In this document: piece after piece, positions 1 through 13,300 of the stretch | How positions within the stretch are numbered: the stretch's first letter is position 1 | Layout: each line of letters opens with the position of its first letter | Assembly: GCA_002633005.1 (NCBI GenBank) | Contig: NMRA01000514.1 | Coordinates: forward strand, 190,848 to 254,847 | Direction of reading: 5' to 3' | DNA: 64,000 bases | Origin: Phoronis australis | Lineage: Eukaryota > Animalia > Phoronida | The notes under the pieces: generated by a model | What the model saw: the letters and a program-made list of their open reading frames with translations, nothing else | The model's database searches: none | Told to the model about the DNA's origin: nothing | Made by a program: the position numbers and the translations under genes

Positions 1-725
1 CCATAGATAGCATAGGATGAAACAGAATGAAACAGGTGAAATCGAATCTTACAATTTATGGAACAGGGTTTACTGTCACAAGAAATCTTACATTGTAACT
101 AGAAGTTGAGATGGATTTTACATGTGCCTTATCAAATACGTGATGGGCGTAGTCTACTATATGTAGGTAGTAATGGTTTAGTTGCACTTTTAACTCAGGT
201 AAAGATTTCACGCATCATCTCCAATGCACCATGAGAATTCTCGATGTATTTTATGAAATGTGTCAATAGTTGCCTATACAGCTGCAAACCTTTAAAAAGG
301 ATAAAAACCTACTTCCGGTCCAAAATGCGAATGCATGCAGTTTGAAGCACCAACACAAGGTCAAAAAACGATTTCGGGCTTTACGTTGAATTTTAGCCTT
401 CGAAAATTGTAGCTACCCTCTCATGGTATCTTAGATCCGTCAGTGTGCAGAGGGGCCAGTAAGATTCTTTTTAAAACGCTCCCGAAGGGTCGTCACAAAC
501 CATCTGTTTTGAAATTCACCATCAAATTTGTCATTTGTTGAATCAAATTTAACTTTTGCAGTTTCCATTTGTGTTGTGCTCCAAGAAATTACATCTAACT
601 GGTATTTATGGGCTTGGCTTTAAAAGAAAACAAACTAGGCTTTATTTGATCGTTTGATTCATTTTGGTTTCGGACACGGACAACAAGCCTTCAATGGGAA
701 CAGGCGTTCTTCTTTTCTTTATCAG

Positions 726-992
726 GCACGTGCACAGAGGAAGAGTATGAGACAAACTGCAAGAGAACGATGACGGGTAAAGAGTACCGAGGGAAGCTTA
801 GCATCACCCGGTCTGGGAAGATGTGCCAGCGGTGGGACAGTTACCATCCTCATCGCCACCGCGTCTACAATCATCTTCTTAATCAAAAGAACTATTGTAG
901 AAATCCGGACAACTCACCTAACGGGCCATGGTGTTACACCCAGAACCCAAACAAAAGGTGGGAATATTGCGATATTCCCTTCTGTCCAACAG
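726..992 (+). CDS. Kringle domain exon (phase 1-1)
   Basis: [21 protein letters not shown]...NYCRNPD..GPWCYT...[10 protein letters not shown] kringle signature; ttatcag| acceptor and |gtaagt donor. Confidence 0.95.
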
Positions 993-3900
993 GTAAGTCA
1001 TCTCCGCTAACGTCACCGACAGCAATGGCCGATAAATCAAATCATATTCGATTGAAAAGAAAAAGAAAATATAATCAACAGCAGTACGACAGAGTGTCCA
1101 AACTTTCTGTCTCACGAACCGCACGGACATTCCTAATCAGTTTTTTTATAAACACATTTCTCGTGCGCTGCATCTTTTCTGTTGTACGTTGCAATATTGT
1201 TTCAAACGAATACATTTTGGCATCTGTTTATAGGGATATGTTGTGAGAAAAGGACGTTTGTATGTGCGAAGGCAATAATTATGTGATCGCTGAAGTCTTA
1301 ATGGGCAAACTTGCTTGAACGCTGTACATGTACCTCCGTTTCTTCGAAAAGGCAAACGATTTGCGCTAGAAATGAGTTGCACAACTTCCTATCTATATGT
1401 GTAAACGATAAAGTTGTATACGGGCTATGAAGAAAGTTTATCAAATCAGCGTGTATAGAAAGACAAGCTTGTGCAACGAATTTCTTTCTTTTTTGATACC
1501 ATAACGAAGATTGTACCGAATGTGCGTGTATTGTATAGATTGCTTGTGAAGAAGCACGTATCTTTAGGTCGCAGCTGTATCGGAAAACGGCTTTTAAATT
1601 ACCCGCAACTAACTGGTTTAATTTTATAACTTCCAGATGAAGACGTAGACGATGGGTGCGATTGCGCAAAAATCACGAAAAATGTCCACCGTTTCGCCGC
1701 CGACATCACTAGATTGAAAGTATCAATAACGGGAAACGTGACTGTGGCCAAGAATCTCCAGGTATTTTAACCTAATAATGGGTAGATCTGTACGTGGTCA
1801 TTGTGTTTAGATATGAAAATTCATTAATCTACGTTTCTGATTTTCATACAACTATGTCAGTTACCGGTAGAAATCACATGCATCCGCGTCATTGCGCCAT
1901 TGGGAATCTAACAGAATGTAAGGCATTTGAGACGGACAAAAATAGTGCAAGTGTCTTATTAATTCAAATTTAAAGTTACTAAGAGTTACTTTTGCCGGTC
2001 AAAAATGAACAACTTGAAAATAGGATGAAGACTAAATGAGAGTTGACCACTTGATAAATACATCAATCATGGAAGAGCACCCCGGCGCTAAGAGCTATCT
2101 TAATTTTTTTTAACACCCGTGGTGAACAATGGTTGCTTTTTACAAAAAAAATAAATCTAATATGCCACAGGTTGCTTAGAAATATTTCTTAACTATAATG
2201 AGTGAGATTTCTGTTTGCAAAATGCAAATATCCAGTCTCAGTCTCTACGTTCTAAAATTGAAAAGCTCCATGTATAAGCTACTGATTTTACGAAAAAAAA
2301 TCAAAGATTTACAATTTGACTGCTTCTACTTACAATAAACGTGGCTGAATGGCAATGAGATGTTGTTTTCACAAATTCAATGGTTGTAATATAATAACCG
2401 TGAGAACTTGTTGATTTTCTTCAGAGATACTTTTAACAGAATTGGCGTTTAAAAATCATGAATAATAAAAATGAATAAGAAGGCTATAAGTAACCAAAAT
2501 GAACTTGAGCACTCTTACCCCCATGCCCTGCATAATACCTGAGGGTTCATACCCCCTTCTATCATTTTTAGAGACCGCGTAAAGCATGGTACATGTAAGT
2601 GAAGGTTCCATTTGAATCAAGTCTCCAATCATTGAAATGTTTTGTTGCGAAGAAAGACAAATTTGGACATCTTTCCAGTGCCCTACGTAACCTTAACAGC
2701 AATATTCTTCTAAGTAAAGTATCAGACAAAATTGGCGACTCGTAGTAAAAACACAAAAACCACAACGGGATTTGCTGTCCTTTTAAGTTAATGGACAGCT
2801 TCAGGAAATGGCAGTCCAACATTTATCATCAATAGAGGACGCATCCTGTTCCCAAGGAGGTTTCAAAGTATCGCTAATTTAGATCAAATATTCAGATGAT
2901 TGTGATGTTTAAGCGGAAATGGATACATGCTATACTAGAGCGAAGAAATGTGCGCTAGGTGTAAAATCTTCATGCGAACTTTGGCGTGCCTGCTGTATGT
3001 GTCTGTTGTTAATATCGAACAAGAAAGCCTTCGGGCACTTTAGTATTCAATAAAGTTGTGAATTTTAGTCGGGAGTTCATTGACTCCACTAATTATTTTT
3101 GGAACGTCGATCTTAATTTCCGATGTTTTATCTTGAAGTCGTTGAACTGTATTACTGCGCTCCGGAATTGTTCTACAAATAGAAGTCAACTCTTAGTCTG
3201 CATAAGATGTCAGTAACTGCGATTATATGATGGCAGTTTTCTCCGAGTTTCCAGTTGATCATCAATTACGTGTACACCGTAATTTCACAAGTAGCTGAAC
3301 ATAAAAGCCGGCATAAAAAAGGCAAGCGGTGATCTTCAAAGTGTGGAAGAAAAAGAGACGACGAACTGTGGCGCGTTGAAAGAGCAATCTCAATAGAATG
3401 AGAATTTTGAGAACAAAATCGAGCGCTGGACATTTTCAGAAGAATCAATTTTTTGTAGACCGCCGGTTGGCTTTGCCTTCCTCTAACGTCTTCCAGAAAT
3501 AACTTGACATCGATGGTTATTTTCATTGATTCTAAGCATATAAAATCTGCTTGAAAAGCTTATAATGATATAAGTCTCCAGTATTTGACTTATTACTTGA
3601 TTAAAATTCCCCGAGCGCAGAGACTTGAATATGATCTCCGGTTGCCACTCAGCATCATAGTTATACGAAATTAGTTTCCCTAAATTGGCATAAAAATATG
3701 CTTCAAAATCCCACCAATCTCATGATTGCAACTTCTAATATATGCAGTTTTGGGGGCTACTAACTAGAGTACAATATTGATAGATATAATGCCTAAGCTC
3801 TCAAATTACACGCCGGACAGTGAGCTTGCGAGTGAAGCAGTACGCACATAATCACTAGCCTGACTTTAGGCCATTAAATTACGCCGCAAATAATTACTTT

Positions 3901-6900
3901 ATACCTTTAAATTATGCCGCAAATAATTACTTTACGCCGTTAAAGTACGACGCAAATAAATACTTCACGCCTCTAAATAATTACTTTACGCCTCTAACAA
4001 CATTTAACTTTCACACGTAATATAACGGCGTAAAGTAATTACTTTACGACGCAAGTAATTATTTTACGCCGTAAATAATTACTTTACGCCGCACATAATT
4101 TATTTATGCATTAAAAATAATTTGCGGGCAAATAATTAATTTACGCCACTGATAGGAATTGATTTACGTACGCCATTTCACGGCGACACTTTCCCCCCAA
4201 CAGCCCACCATGTTGGCCGGGGGTGATTTGAATACGACATTTTTACCCCTGCAGAAGAAGGCTATTCCCAGGCAAAATCCCGGGCATAAGCGTTTCCTAA
4301 TCACGTCTACTCTACTTCTGGACTTCATAGATTTCGGACATAACACATACATTATAGACGTACTCTAATATTCGGTTAAAAGTGTTGACCGTTGTCTCCT
4401 GTGATCATGGTAAAAACGAGAGAAGTTACTTACTGGGAGACATTTCCATGATAGCAAGTAGCAGCATAAATTCAAGAAAATAACTACGGTTTTAAAACTT
4501 GACATATTTGGTGTCATTTATTAAACACCATCCTCAGAAGTCATAATACAGTTGCCACCTAGCTAGGTCGAGCAACAAGTAATGAAGCACAGATACAGTC
4601 AGTTACAGGGAGTGACAATGAGACATTTAGTTAGCTGAGCATAACGTTTCAAGCCTGCAGCCCAGGCCCTTGATCAGACGACTGTTCTCCTAGCCATTGC
4701 GAACACCAGGGGGGTTTGCAGTCCCTGGTCACGGATAAGTGGGGGGTTGTACTGTTTAATGTAAATGGCCTCTTTGATCTTATGGGAGTGCCAATGTTCG
4801 TGTCTAAATAAAACAAGAGTAGCGGCCATATTGATGGTGTGGCCAGATGATACTAAAGTGGTCACCGATAGCAGTGGGTTTGTCCATTTTTTGTGTTCTG
4901 CAAAACGGTGCCAAGAACACATTTGGTTTCACCGATGTACTCTATACGTGAGAAGGATCCTGGTGACACTGGGTCTGATAAACAACACACGACTGTTTCT
5001 CAAGTGGGGTGACGTCATTACCCGGGTTTAACAAGAGTGTTAATGGGTTTGAAGTAAGCTTTGACCTCATGGCGTACCTCTGAAGGTGTGACGTACATGT
5101 ATGTATGGGATCCAGCTAGTTATCCTAGTGTTGCCCTCTGTTGTTTAGTTTGTGTGTAATTGTCATTGTTGTGTTAGTACTGTTACTCTTATTGTTAACC
5201 TCTATGGATTTCAGTGACGGTACTGTGCGACTTTGTTCAGAGCTTTTGTGAGTTCTATTTCTGTTATGCAAATTAGTATTTAGGTGTGCTGATGTTTGTC
5301 CGGGCTGAGTTTAGTTTGACACTGGAGAGCATACTGAAGATTTCTTTAATAAACTACCGTTTACATGAAGTGTATGTGACTTTGGCTGACAACTAGCCCG
5401 CAATGCTAGGTCTGTCATCACTATACATGTATAGTGTTGGTGGGCTTACTATTGCGAGGAAGTTTCATTGCCTATGGCTCATACTCGTTAGCTTCAGTGA
5501 TGTATCTTTCTTACTAGAGCTCGGTTTAGTAGAGTTCTCACAACAAACTGTTGGTGTTGAACAAGGTGGTTGGAGCGGAAATTCAATTATTGGTCTGCGT
5601 GGGTAGGTTTGCGGTATCGCAAACCCATCAGTGCTAGTGATGACAGACCGAGATACATGTAAATGCTGGGATCTTGTGCAATCGTGGAGTGTCCGAAAAA
5701 CGGCCGTACGTCGCGCCTTCACACGCCATAAAGTCTACGCTTGGCCCATTAACACTTAACGTAATGATGTCAGCTCACTTGAGAAGCAGTCGCGTGTTGT
5801 TTAGCAAATCCGGTGTGACCAGGATTCTTCTCGCCTATATATCAGTGAAACCAAACGCGCTCTCGGCACCCGTTTTGTAGAACATAAAAACTGGACAAAC
5901 CCACTGCTATTGGTGACCACTTAGTTTCATCTGGCCACACCGACCATCAATATGGATAATACATGCGTCTATATAGACAGGAAAATTGGCACTCCCGTAA
6001 GATTAAAGAGGTCATTTATATTAAATAATACAACACCCATTGAACTGAGAATAGGGACTGCAACTTCCCTGTATTTACGGCAGGTGATATTTCCGGTTTC
6101 ACAACAGCGGGACGAACAGTCACGTGATCAATGGCATGAGCTGCAGGTTTGAAACGCTATGCTCAACTAGCTAAATGTCTTCTAGTAAGTAACTTCTCTT
6201 GTTTTTACGTAAAAATATAATTTGGGCCACACAAGCTGATTGACGCAGAATGCGGAAACCATGACACCGGACAACTTCTCGGAATGCCAATTGACACATT
6301 TGGCTACAGCGCCATATATATGTCAAGATTATACTTGGGAGCGCGTGTGGAACTTTTGGATAGCGTGCGTTGAATTTAATATTTTGAAATAACCTAATTA
6401 CATCATTTTAGTTATTAATAAAACACATAAGTGGTAAGTGGAAAAATATCTACTCTCATATATGGCATTGATTATTTTCTTCACTGCAGAGCACTACTTC
6501 TGCACAAAAACACCAAAAATTCGTAATTTTTCCACTTGGCCATTCCTGGTAATGCCTTTAAAGCAGTTACAATCCGTGTTCCATTCGAGAAGCAAACTGA
6601 AATTACACGATTGATCTTTTATTGGTCCTTACTCAGATGTGAAGGGATTTCTGTGTTCGAAAGGAAAAGACAGAGGATTTGAATGGTCAATAAGCTTTGT
6701 CAAATTTACCTAACATCTGAAGAAATGGACACAACGGAATATTAAGTAAAGCACATCGCTGCACTATAAGATGCAAACGACAACAACCAAGTCTATCGCG
6801 ACATTTTTAGGCCCGAAATAAGGCCTTTTACATGGGCGGCGCAGCACTGAAAAAAGTGGGGCGGCTAAAGCCCCCTCAGCCCCTCTGTGGTGCACCGCCT

Positions 6901-9900
6901 ATAGACCATGCGCAGCGTAGAACTTAAAATGTGGGGCTATAGCCCCCCCAGACCCTTATGAGGCGCCGCCCATGTTTTAGTTGCCTTTTCTACCCAAGTG
7001 GCTCACATATTGGAACTTTAACTGCATCTACATGTACCTGTGTCTCCCACGCCGTATACTTTACAGGCGATGACGTTGAAACACGAAGAACTGTTGACGA
7101 GCTTGTTGGAGAAAACCAGTGAAGAAGAAAAGGTGTACAGCACGAGCATCAACATAATGAGTCAGAAGATCAACGTATTCGTCAATCAAATAGAATCGAG
7201 AGTTGTAAGGCTTGAGCGCAAGTTCATTGCTCTGAACAAGTTGTTCGTTGACTTTGAAGCGACTTGGAGCAACAAGATTAAGATCATCAGCGGTACGAAA
7301 ACACTGGCATAAAGCATCCATGTTAAACCTGACTAACCATTGAGTACATGTGGTTCAAAATATTCGTATAACTGCTGATAATTTGTTTGGTTAGACATTT
7401 CTGTTGTTTTTCCTTTTTTTAGGTGTTAGTAGTATTTTTGAAGCAGAAACATTGTGAAGCACTTCGAACTCCTAATCTGTGTGTTCTTAACATATTCGGC
7501 TGTGTATTTAGACAAATAATTTGGGACACCGCTCACTTCTTTTCCATACGTCCCAGACGCTGCCTCCAGGTGCTCGTTCGGAGGCGCATGACAATTGCGA
7601 AAACGCAAGATTACGCAAGTCTTCGCCAGATATAGTGCCATGTATTACACGTGATCACGCTAGACTGCTTGCACCTACGGAATTAGGCACATTTTTTTAC
7701 CAATTCAGAAAGCCGGAAGTAAACGCAACAAATAGTACCAAAAGACTTTATAACAGATGCCCTATTTTTGATGAGCCGGTGCTTTCAACTTTACGACATA
7801 AAAGGCGAATGAAATGCACCTGCAATCAACAGAATGCCCAAATTGTGTCTTTGATGGTGCATGATGAGGTCGCATTTACCTTTAATTTTTTTATTTCTTT
7901 TTAAACAGAACCGACAATGGAGGCAATAGTTTGTGAAAACGAGCAACTGCGCTTAAGATGTCCACGCCAAAATGCTATTCGCATCAAGAGCGCCGTCTAC
8001 GGGAGGCAGGATAAAGCAGTTTGCTACAAGAAAGGCCGAGTACTTAATACTGTGTGTGGAGATGAAGAGTCGTCCCATGAGGTATGTTGACGTGATTTCA
8101 ATACACCCTTCTTCTCTAGTTTTGGTTCTGCGACTAGTCTAGTGCTTCATTGTTTCTTGTTTCTGCGCAATACCAAGCTCCTGTTACGAGATCGCCTTTA
8201 CACAAATGTATGATTGTGTTTTTGTTGGCGGGATTCTTGAAACCATTGTTTTACGCTAACAGAAAATAAGTTAATGTGTATCTGATCATCATGAGAGTGC
8301 GTAGGCATGTCCAACAACCGAAGATTGTATGCATTTCATTTTACTTGACGTGATAAACCTAGATACCACTTTCTCACTTTCAGAAGCTTTTGAGACGTCA
8401 TGGTGTTTGGCGGATTTTTCGAACTGTTTAAATAGGATTTATAAACAGTGATCATACGAAGACTCCTTTTGTGAACAGGACGAGGTGGCTGTCTCTGGCA
8501 GCATGTTCAGGTGTATGTAGGCTGTACTCACTCCCGTAGTCAGAAGTATTCAACAGGAGACACAAACGCAACATTATTGACTGCGGAGGAATCAGTTTAT
8601 CCGAGGATAATTTTGCAAAGAGCAATGGGTCAAACTCAAAATTGAAACCAGTTTTAACTGGGGAAGAATTTGCAATGAACCGGGCGGCTGGTCATGTTGT
8701 TCCTTCCGGCGTTGCTACGCCTATGGCTGTATCAGCTCATGAACTCATCCAAATACGTTAGGACAACCGGTATATAGAAGTCGCCAAACAATCACCCCCG
8801 CATCAATAAATATATATCCGGCAAGACAAAGTTTATCGCTAGCTACGCTGAAAAGTAAGCTTTTAAGTAAACACTGTTTAATTAATTCACCCACCCACGT
8901 TTTGGTGTCATTTGAGAAATTTTTACTCGCACCTGCATCAAAATGATACACCTGTTTGTTTCAGTAACATCTGCATCAGTTGAATCAACACTAACTTAAT
9001 TAAAAGAAAATATAACTATTATTTGTCATAGAGTTAAGGGTTCGAACACCTTGTTCGCATTCCAAGAATGATGAATTATGGGAATAGGTTTAGTACTGAA
9101 ATCAGGGGCCTGTTCCAAGAAACTGACTTAATTTCATTTTTGACTTAAGTTTAGGATTTGTCTTAACTTCCAAACTTTGAAACTTCTACATTAGTCAAAA
9201 AAGACAAACCTTATGTCAAACACTTAAAACAAACTTAAGATCTCTTTCTTGAATTGGTTTTGAGACAAATTTAACTTTTATTTTAAAATTTACAACAATT
9301 TAAGATTTGTCTTAGCTAAGTCAGTTTTGTTGGAACGGGCCCCTAGTCAGTAAGTTTACATATTTCCCACAATTCGTCATTGTACGGATGATTAAATGGA
9401 GCCATTAAATTCCATTTTGTATTTACGAGGCAGTGTAAATTTAACGCTAATCATCGTAAAATTTCTGTTTTGTGTCGAACTCCGTTGTCATATTGATCGT
9501 TGTCGGATCTGTGGTAGGATCACTCAAACGCTTAATTGGTCGTACACTAATCTTTGTGTATTTCTTTAACTTCTCGGAATCCAGTCTAGAACATTTTAAT
9601 TAATCTCCCAACAATGAAAAAATATATAAAAAAACAAAAGTACGAAAAAAACTTTTTGTGGCAAGCATCAAACTATATGGCAAAAATAGGATATCTTAAC
9701 ATTAATAACTAACAACTAAATGTCGTTATTCTATCCCATCATACTAAATGAGGACTTGCGCTGCTTTACGTAACAGGAGCTTTTAAAAAGTTTGTCCAGT
9801 TCCATAGTACTAATTGTGAATCGTTTCTCCAACGTATGTTGAATACACGTACAATAGGGAAACTTTGTACTCGTCTTCAATGTAGTCAAATATGTATATT

Positions 9901-10367
9901 AAGCCCCAACTTGAGCCGCAAATATTGTCTTTAACATCGGTGAGTAACCTTGTGTTGTCGACGCCTGTAGCGGAAGTGGTGCCGCCCCCTCTCCTGGTTA
10001 CCACTTATTTTTGTCATCCTCGATCCTTAAGCGCCTCGCCCGGTCGATGGAGCCCCTCGAGCAATGCCGTCTTTATCCTGAAGCTTGCGATTAGGATGAA
10101 ATACTAAACGTATGTAACGCTGTAAAGTATAACCTTGTCTCAATAGGTCCTCCAGTCTTTGTGCGATGGCCGTCGACACTGCCAAGTAGACGCCAACAAC
10201 AAAGTATTTGGGGACCCCTGTTTCGGTACATTTAAGTACCTTCAAGTCCAATACACATGTGTCGAATCGACTAGCGAAAGCAATGAGGAAGAAGAGGAGG
10301 AAGGAGAAGAAGAAGAAGAAGAAAAAGACGGTAAGATACCACACTTAGCACGGTAAATATATATATG

Positions 10368-10398
<31 letters not shown>

Positions 10399-13300
10399 AT
10401 ATATATGGTTTTCAGACGTCGAAGAGCTTCCAAAAAGCAGACCTGACTTGTCTGAATCCAGCTTTTTGGGCTTTTTGCTCGCAGTGTCTGGTTCCGAGGA
10501 CCTAGTTTCTCGTAAGAAACGCAAAATTTCGCAAGGCCTTTCAAAAAGGGAATGTTTTGAGACACAGCTTGGGAGATTGCTAGGATATCCTTGCAAAATG
10601 TCGGCCACTGGAGCTACTGGTAGGTAAGATCGGAGTATGGAATTATGGGATTGTTTCCNACGCCAACAACAAAGTATTTGGGGACCCCTGTTTCGGTACA
10701 TTTAAGTACCTTCAAGTCCAATACACATGCGTCGAATCGACTAGCGAAAGCAATGAGGAAGAAGAGGAGGAAGGAGAAGAAGAAGAAGAAGAAAAAGACG
10801 GTAAGATACCACACTTAGCACGGTAAATATATATATGTGTATATGTATATGTATATATATATATGGTTTTCAGACGTCGAAGACCTTCCAAAAAGCAGAC
10901 CTGACTTGTCTGAATCCAGCTTTTTGGGCTTTTTGCTCGCAGTGTCTGGTTCCGAGGACCTAGTTTCTCGTAAGAAACGCAAAATTTCGCAAGGCCTTTC
11001 AAAAAGGGAATGTTTTGAGACACAGCTTGGGAGATTGCTAGGATATCCTTGCAAAATGTCGGCCACTGGAGCTACTGGTAGGTAAGATCGGAGTATGGAA
11101 TTATGGGATTGAGATCAGTGTTTCCGTTCCATAAGTGAAGATTTTCAGTGTCGCAGGTGCAAGTTAGTGCGGAGCTCTTTCACTTTTAACATGGTTCTCC
11201 CTCATCTGTTCAGATGCAGATCATAGTCATCTTTGTCTATTCTTGCCAAACATTACTTCTGTCGATGCTGTTGTCTCTAATTACTGTTGCCACCACTTTT
11301 TTATTTATTCAGCAATTGACGGAAGTTGGTCACAGTGGTCTAAGTGGGGTGATTGTAGTGCCACCTGTGGTGGAGGTAAACAGTCAAGGTCGAGATCGTG
11401 TGACAGCCCAGCTCCAGCTAATGGTGGAGCGCTGTGTAAAGGAAGTCAATTGGATGAAAGACCATGCAACACGTCTCCCTGATCAGGTAAATTCTGGTGG
11501 TACATCAAACAAATGTCTTTCAATTGATAATTCAAGAAGCAATGCTTATGTTACTCCTTCAGAATCGGAAATTTTAAGATAATTTCAAATTGAAAAAGAC
11601 AAAACATGAAGAAACTCGACTCTTCGTCTTCCAGCGTAATTTCAATTCTTAAAACTCACTTTGGTTTGAGACATGTCATTGATAAACAGGATGCGTCACC
11701 CACTGCGCACGTTAGGTCACGAAGCTAGACAAGCCAGTAATGTCACGTGCTAGAAGTTACAATGCTTTGTGATATCCGAGGCAGAAATGCAAGATCTGGC
11801 TAAGACAATTACTGGCTTTGCTAAATCCTCTTCTGATCGTAATGTTAGCACATAGGGCACATGGTGAAACAGAACCTCTGGAATACTTTGGCTCAGTCGA
11901 TTTGTATTAAAGCTTTAAAGAAGTCTGTTAAAACTTGTGCGTTCAGCTTCAGTGATGCTCTGAAGCCAATTCATAGAATGACTTAAACATAGAGGGCAAA
12001 AACAGTTCAATATATTCCCTCTGTGTCATTATAGCAAAAGATTTAGCTAACCGAATGTCCAGTTCTCGGTTTATATAAGACGATGCATTTCACCTCAAAT
12101 TATCCTCATTACGATTTCACTTGCCATGCATGTCCATTTTCATTTGAATCTCTTATACATGTATTTGGAGCAGGAGGAGACAAAGAAATTTTGGTTTGCG
12201 AACACAAAACTTTGAGCATAGCATGCAGCGAAGACGAAGTGATTCAAGTGACATCTGCAGTGTATGGACGAAGTGATAGTAAAACGTGTCCGCACAGGTC
12301 TATTAGAACAACAAGGTGTGCCGCTACGAGTTCCATGAAGGTAACTTAGTTATCATTTGTAGTACATGACATTGCAAAAACTCGTCAAAGTCAATTTTGA
12401 CCATTAGAAACATATTCTGCAGCATTTAAAACTATCACCAATGGCATAACCAGAAGCGTCCAACATGGGTCAAAGCACGAAGTTGTTGGCAACGTCGGAG
12501 TAGGGCTGAAATGAGGAGACCCACAGGCAATCCACTGAGTAAAACGAGCTTCGTTCTTCTGGGAATCACTGATTTATTTGCGAATAAGTGATTGCCGTTT
12601 ATTCTATAGGATATCCAAATAGTATAATCTACTTTGTTTTTCATGGGAATCCGAATGCATAGGATATTCAAATAGTTATAATCTACTTTGTTTTTCATGG
12701 GGAATCCGAATGAATTCAGTTCATTTCCATTTGTTTACATGGATACCCAAACTCGTCTCCGTGGCTTTTAACTTAACTGTGTGCCTTTTAAGGTTGTGAG
12801 TACGAACTGCAACTTGAAAGCCAAGTGCTCCGTGAAAGCAAGTAACAGCGTATTTGGAGACCCTTGTGGAGGAACATTCAAGTACCTCAAGGTCGCCTAC
12901 AGGTGTCAGCCAAAACCAATCGTGATTGATGATTATATGGAAAAAGGTATGTTGAAGAGACCCACATAGTAAGCTTTATTGTGAAACTAGAAATCTTTTC
13001 TATACTATTTACCATGCAAACACTTGCTGTATGTTAACAGTAATCTAATTTGAGAAATGCATTTTTGTCATAACATTGCACATTTATTCATAAACCTGTA
13101 TAATAAATAACTCGTAGCGGACAACCACGCAAAAAAACGAAAATGCAACAATCGATTACATTTTCATGGTAAAACTAATTTCCTATCACATAATTACAGA
13201 ATGTTCTTTCTTGATAAAATAACGAAGAAACTTCCATTGCAGTTGCTACAGTAATTCTTCACTTATTTAGCACACAAGTGGGTAATGGTCGGAAATAACG

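Noticed and set aside
2560-3600. Possible decayed transposase or extra exons in the long intron
   Set aside because: No motif recognised and gene phases join without them
10660-11111. Duplicated SUEL/poly-Glu exon
   Set aside because: Starts mid-exon right after an N and lacks an acceptor; allelic overlap
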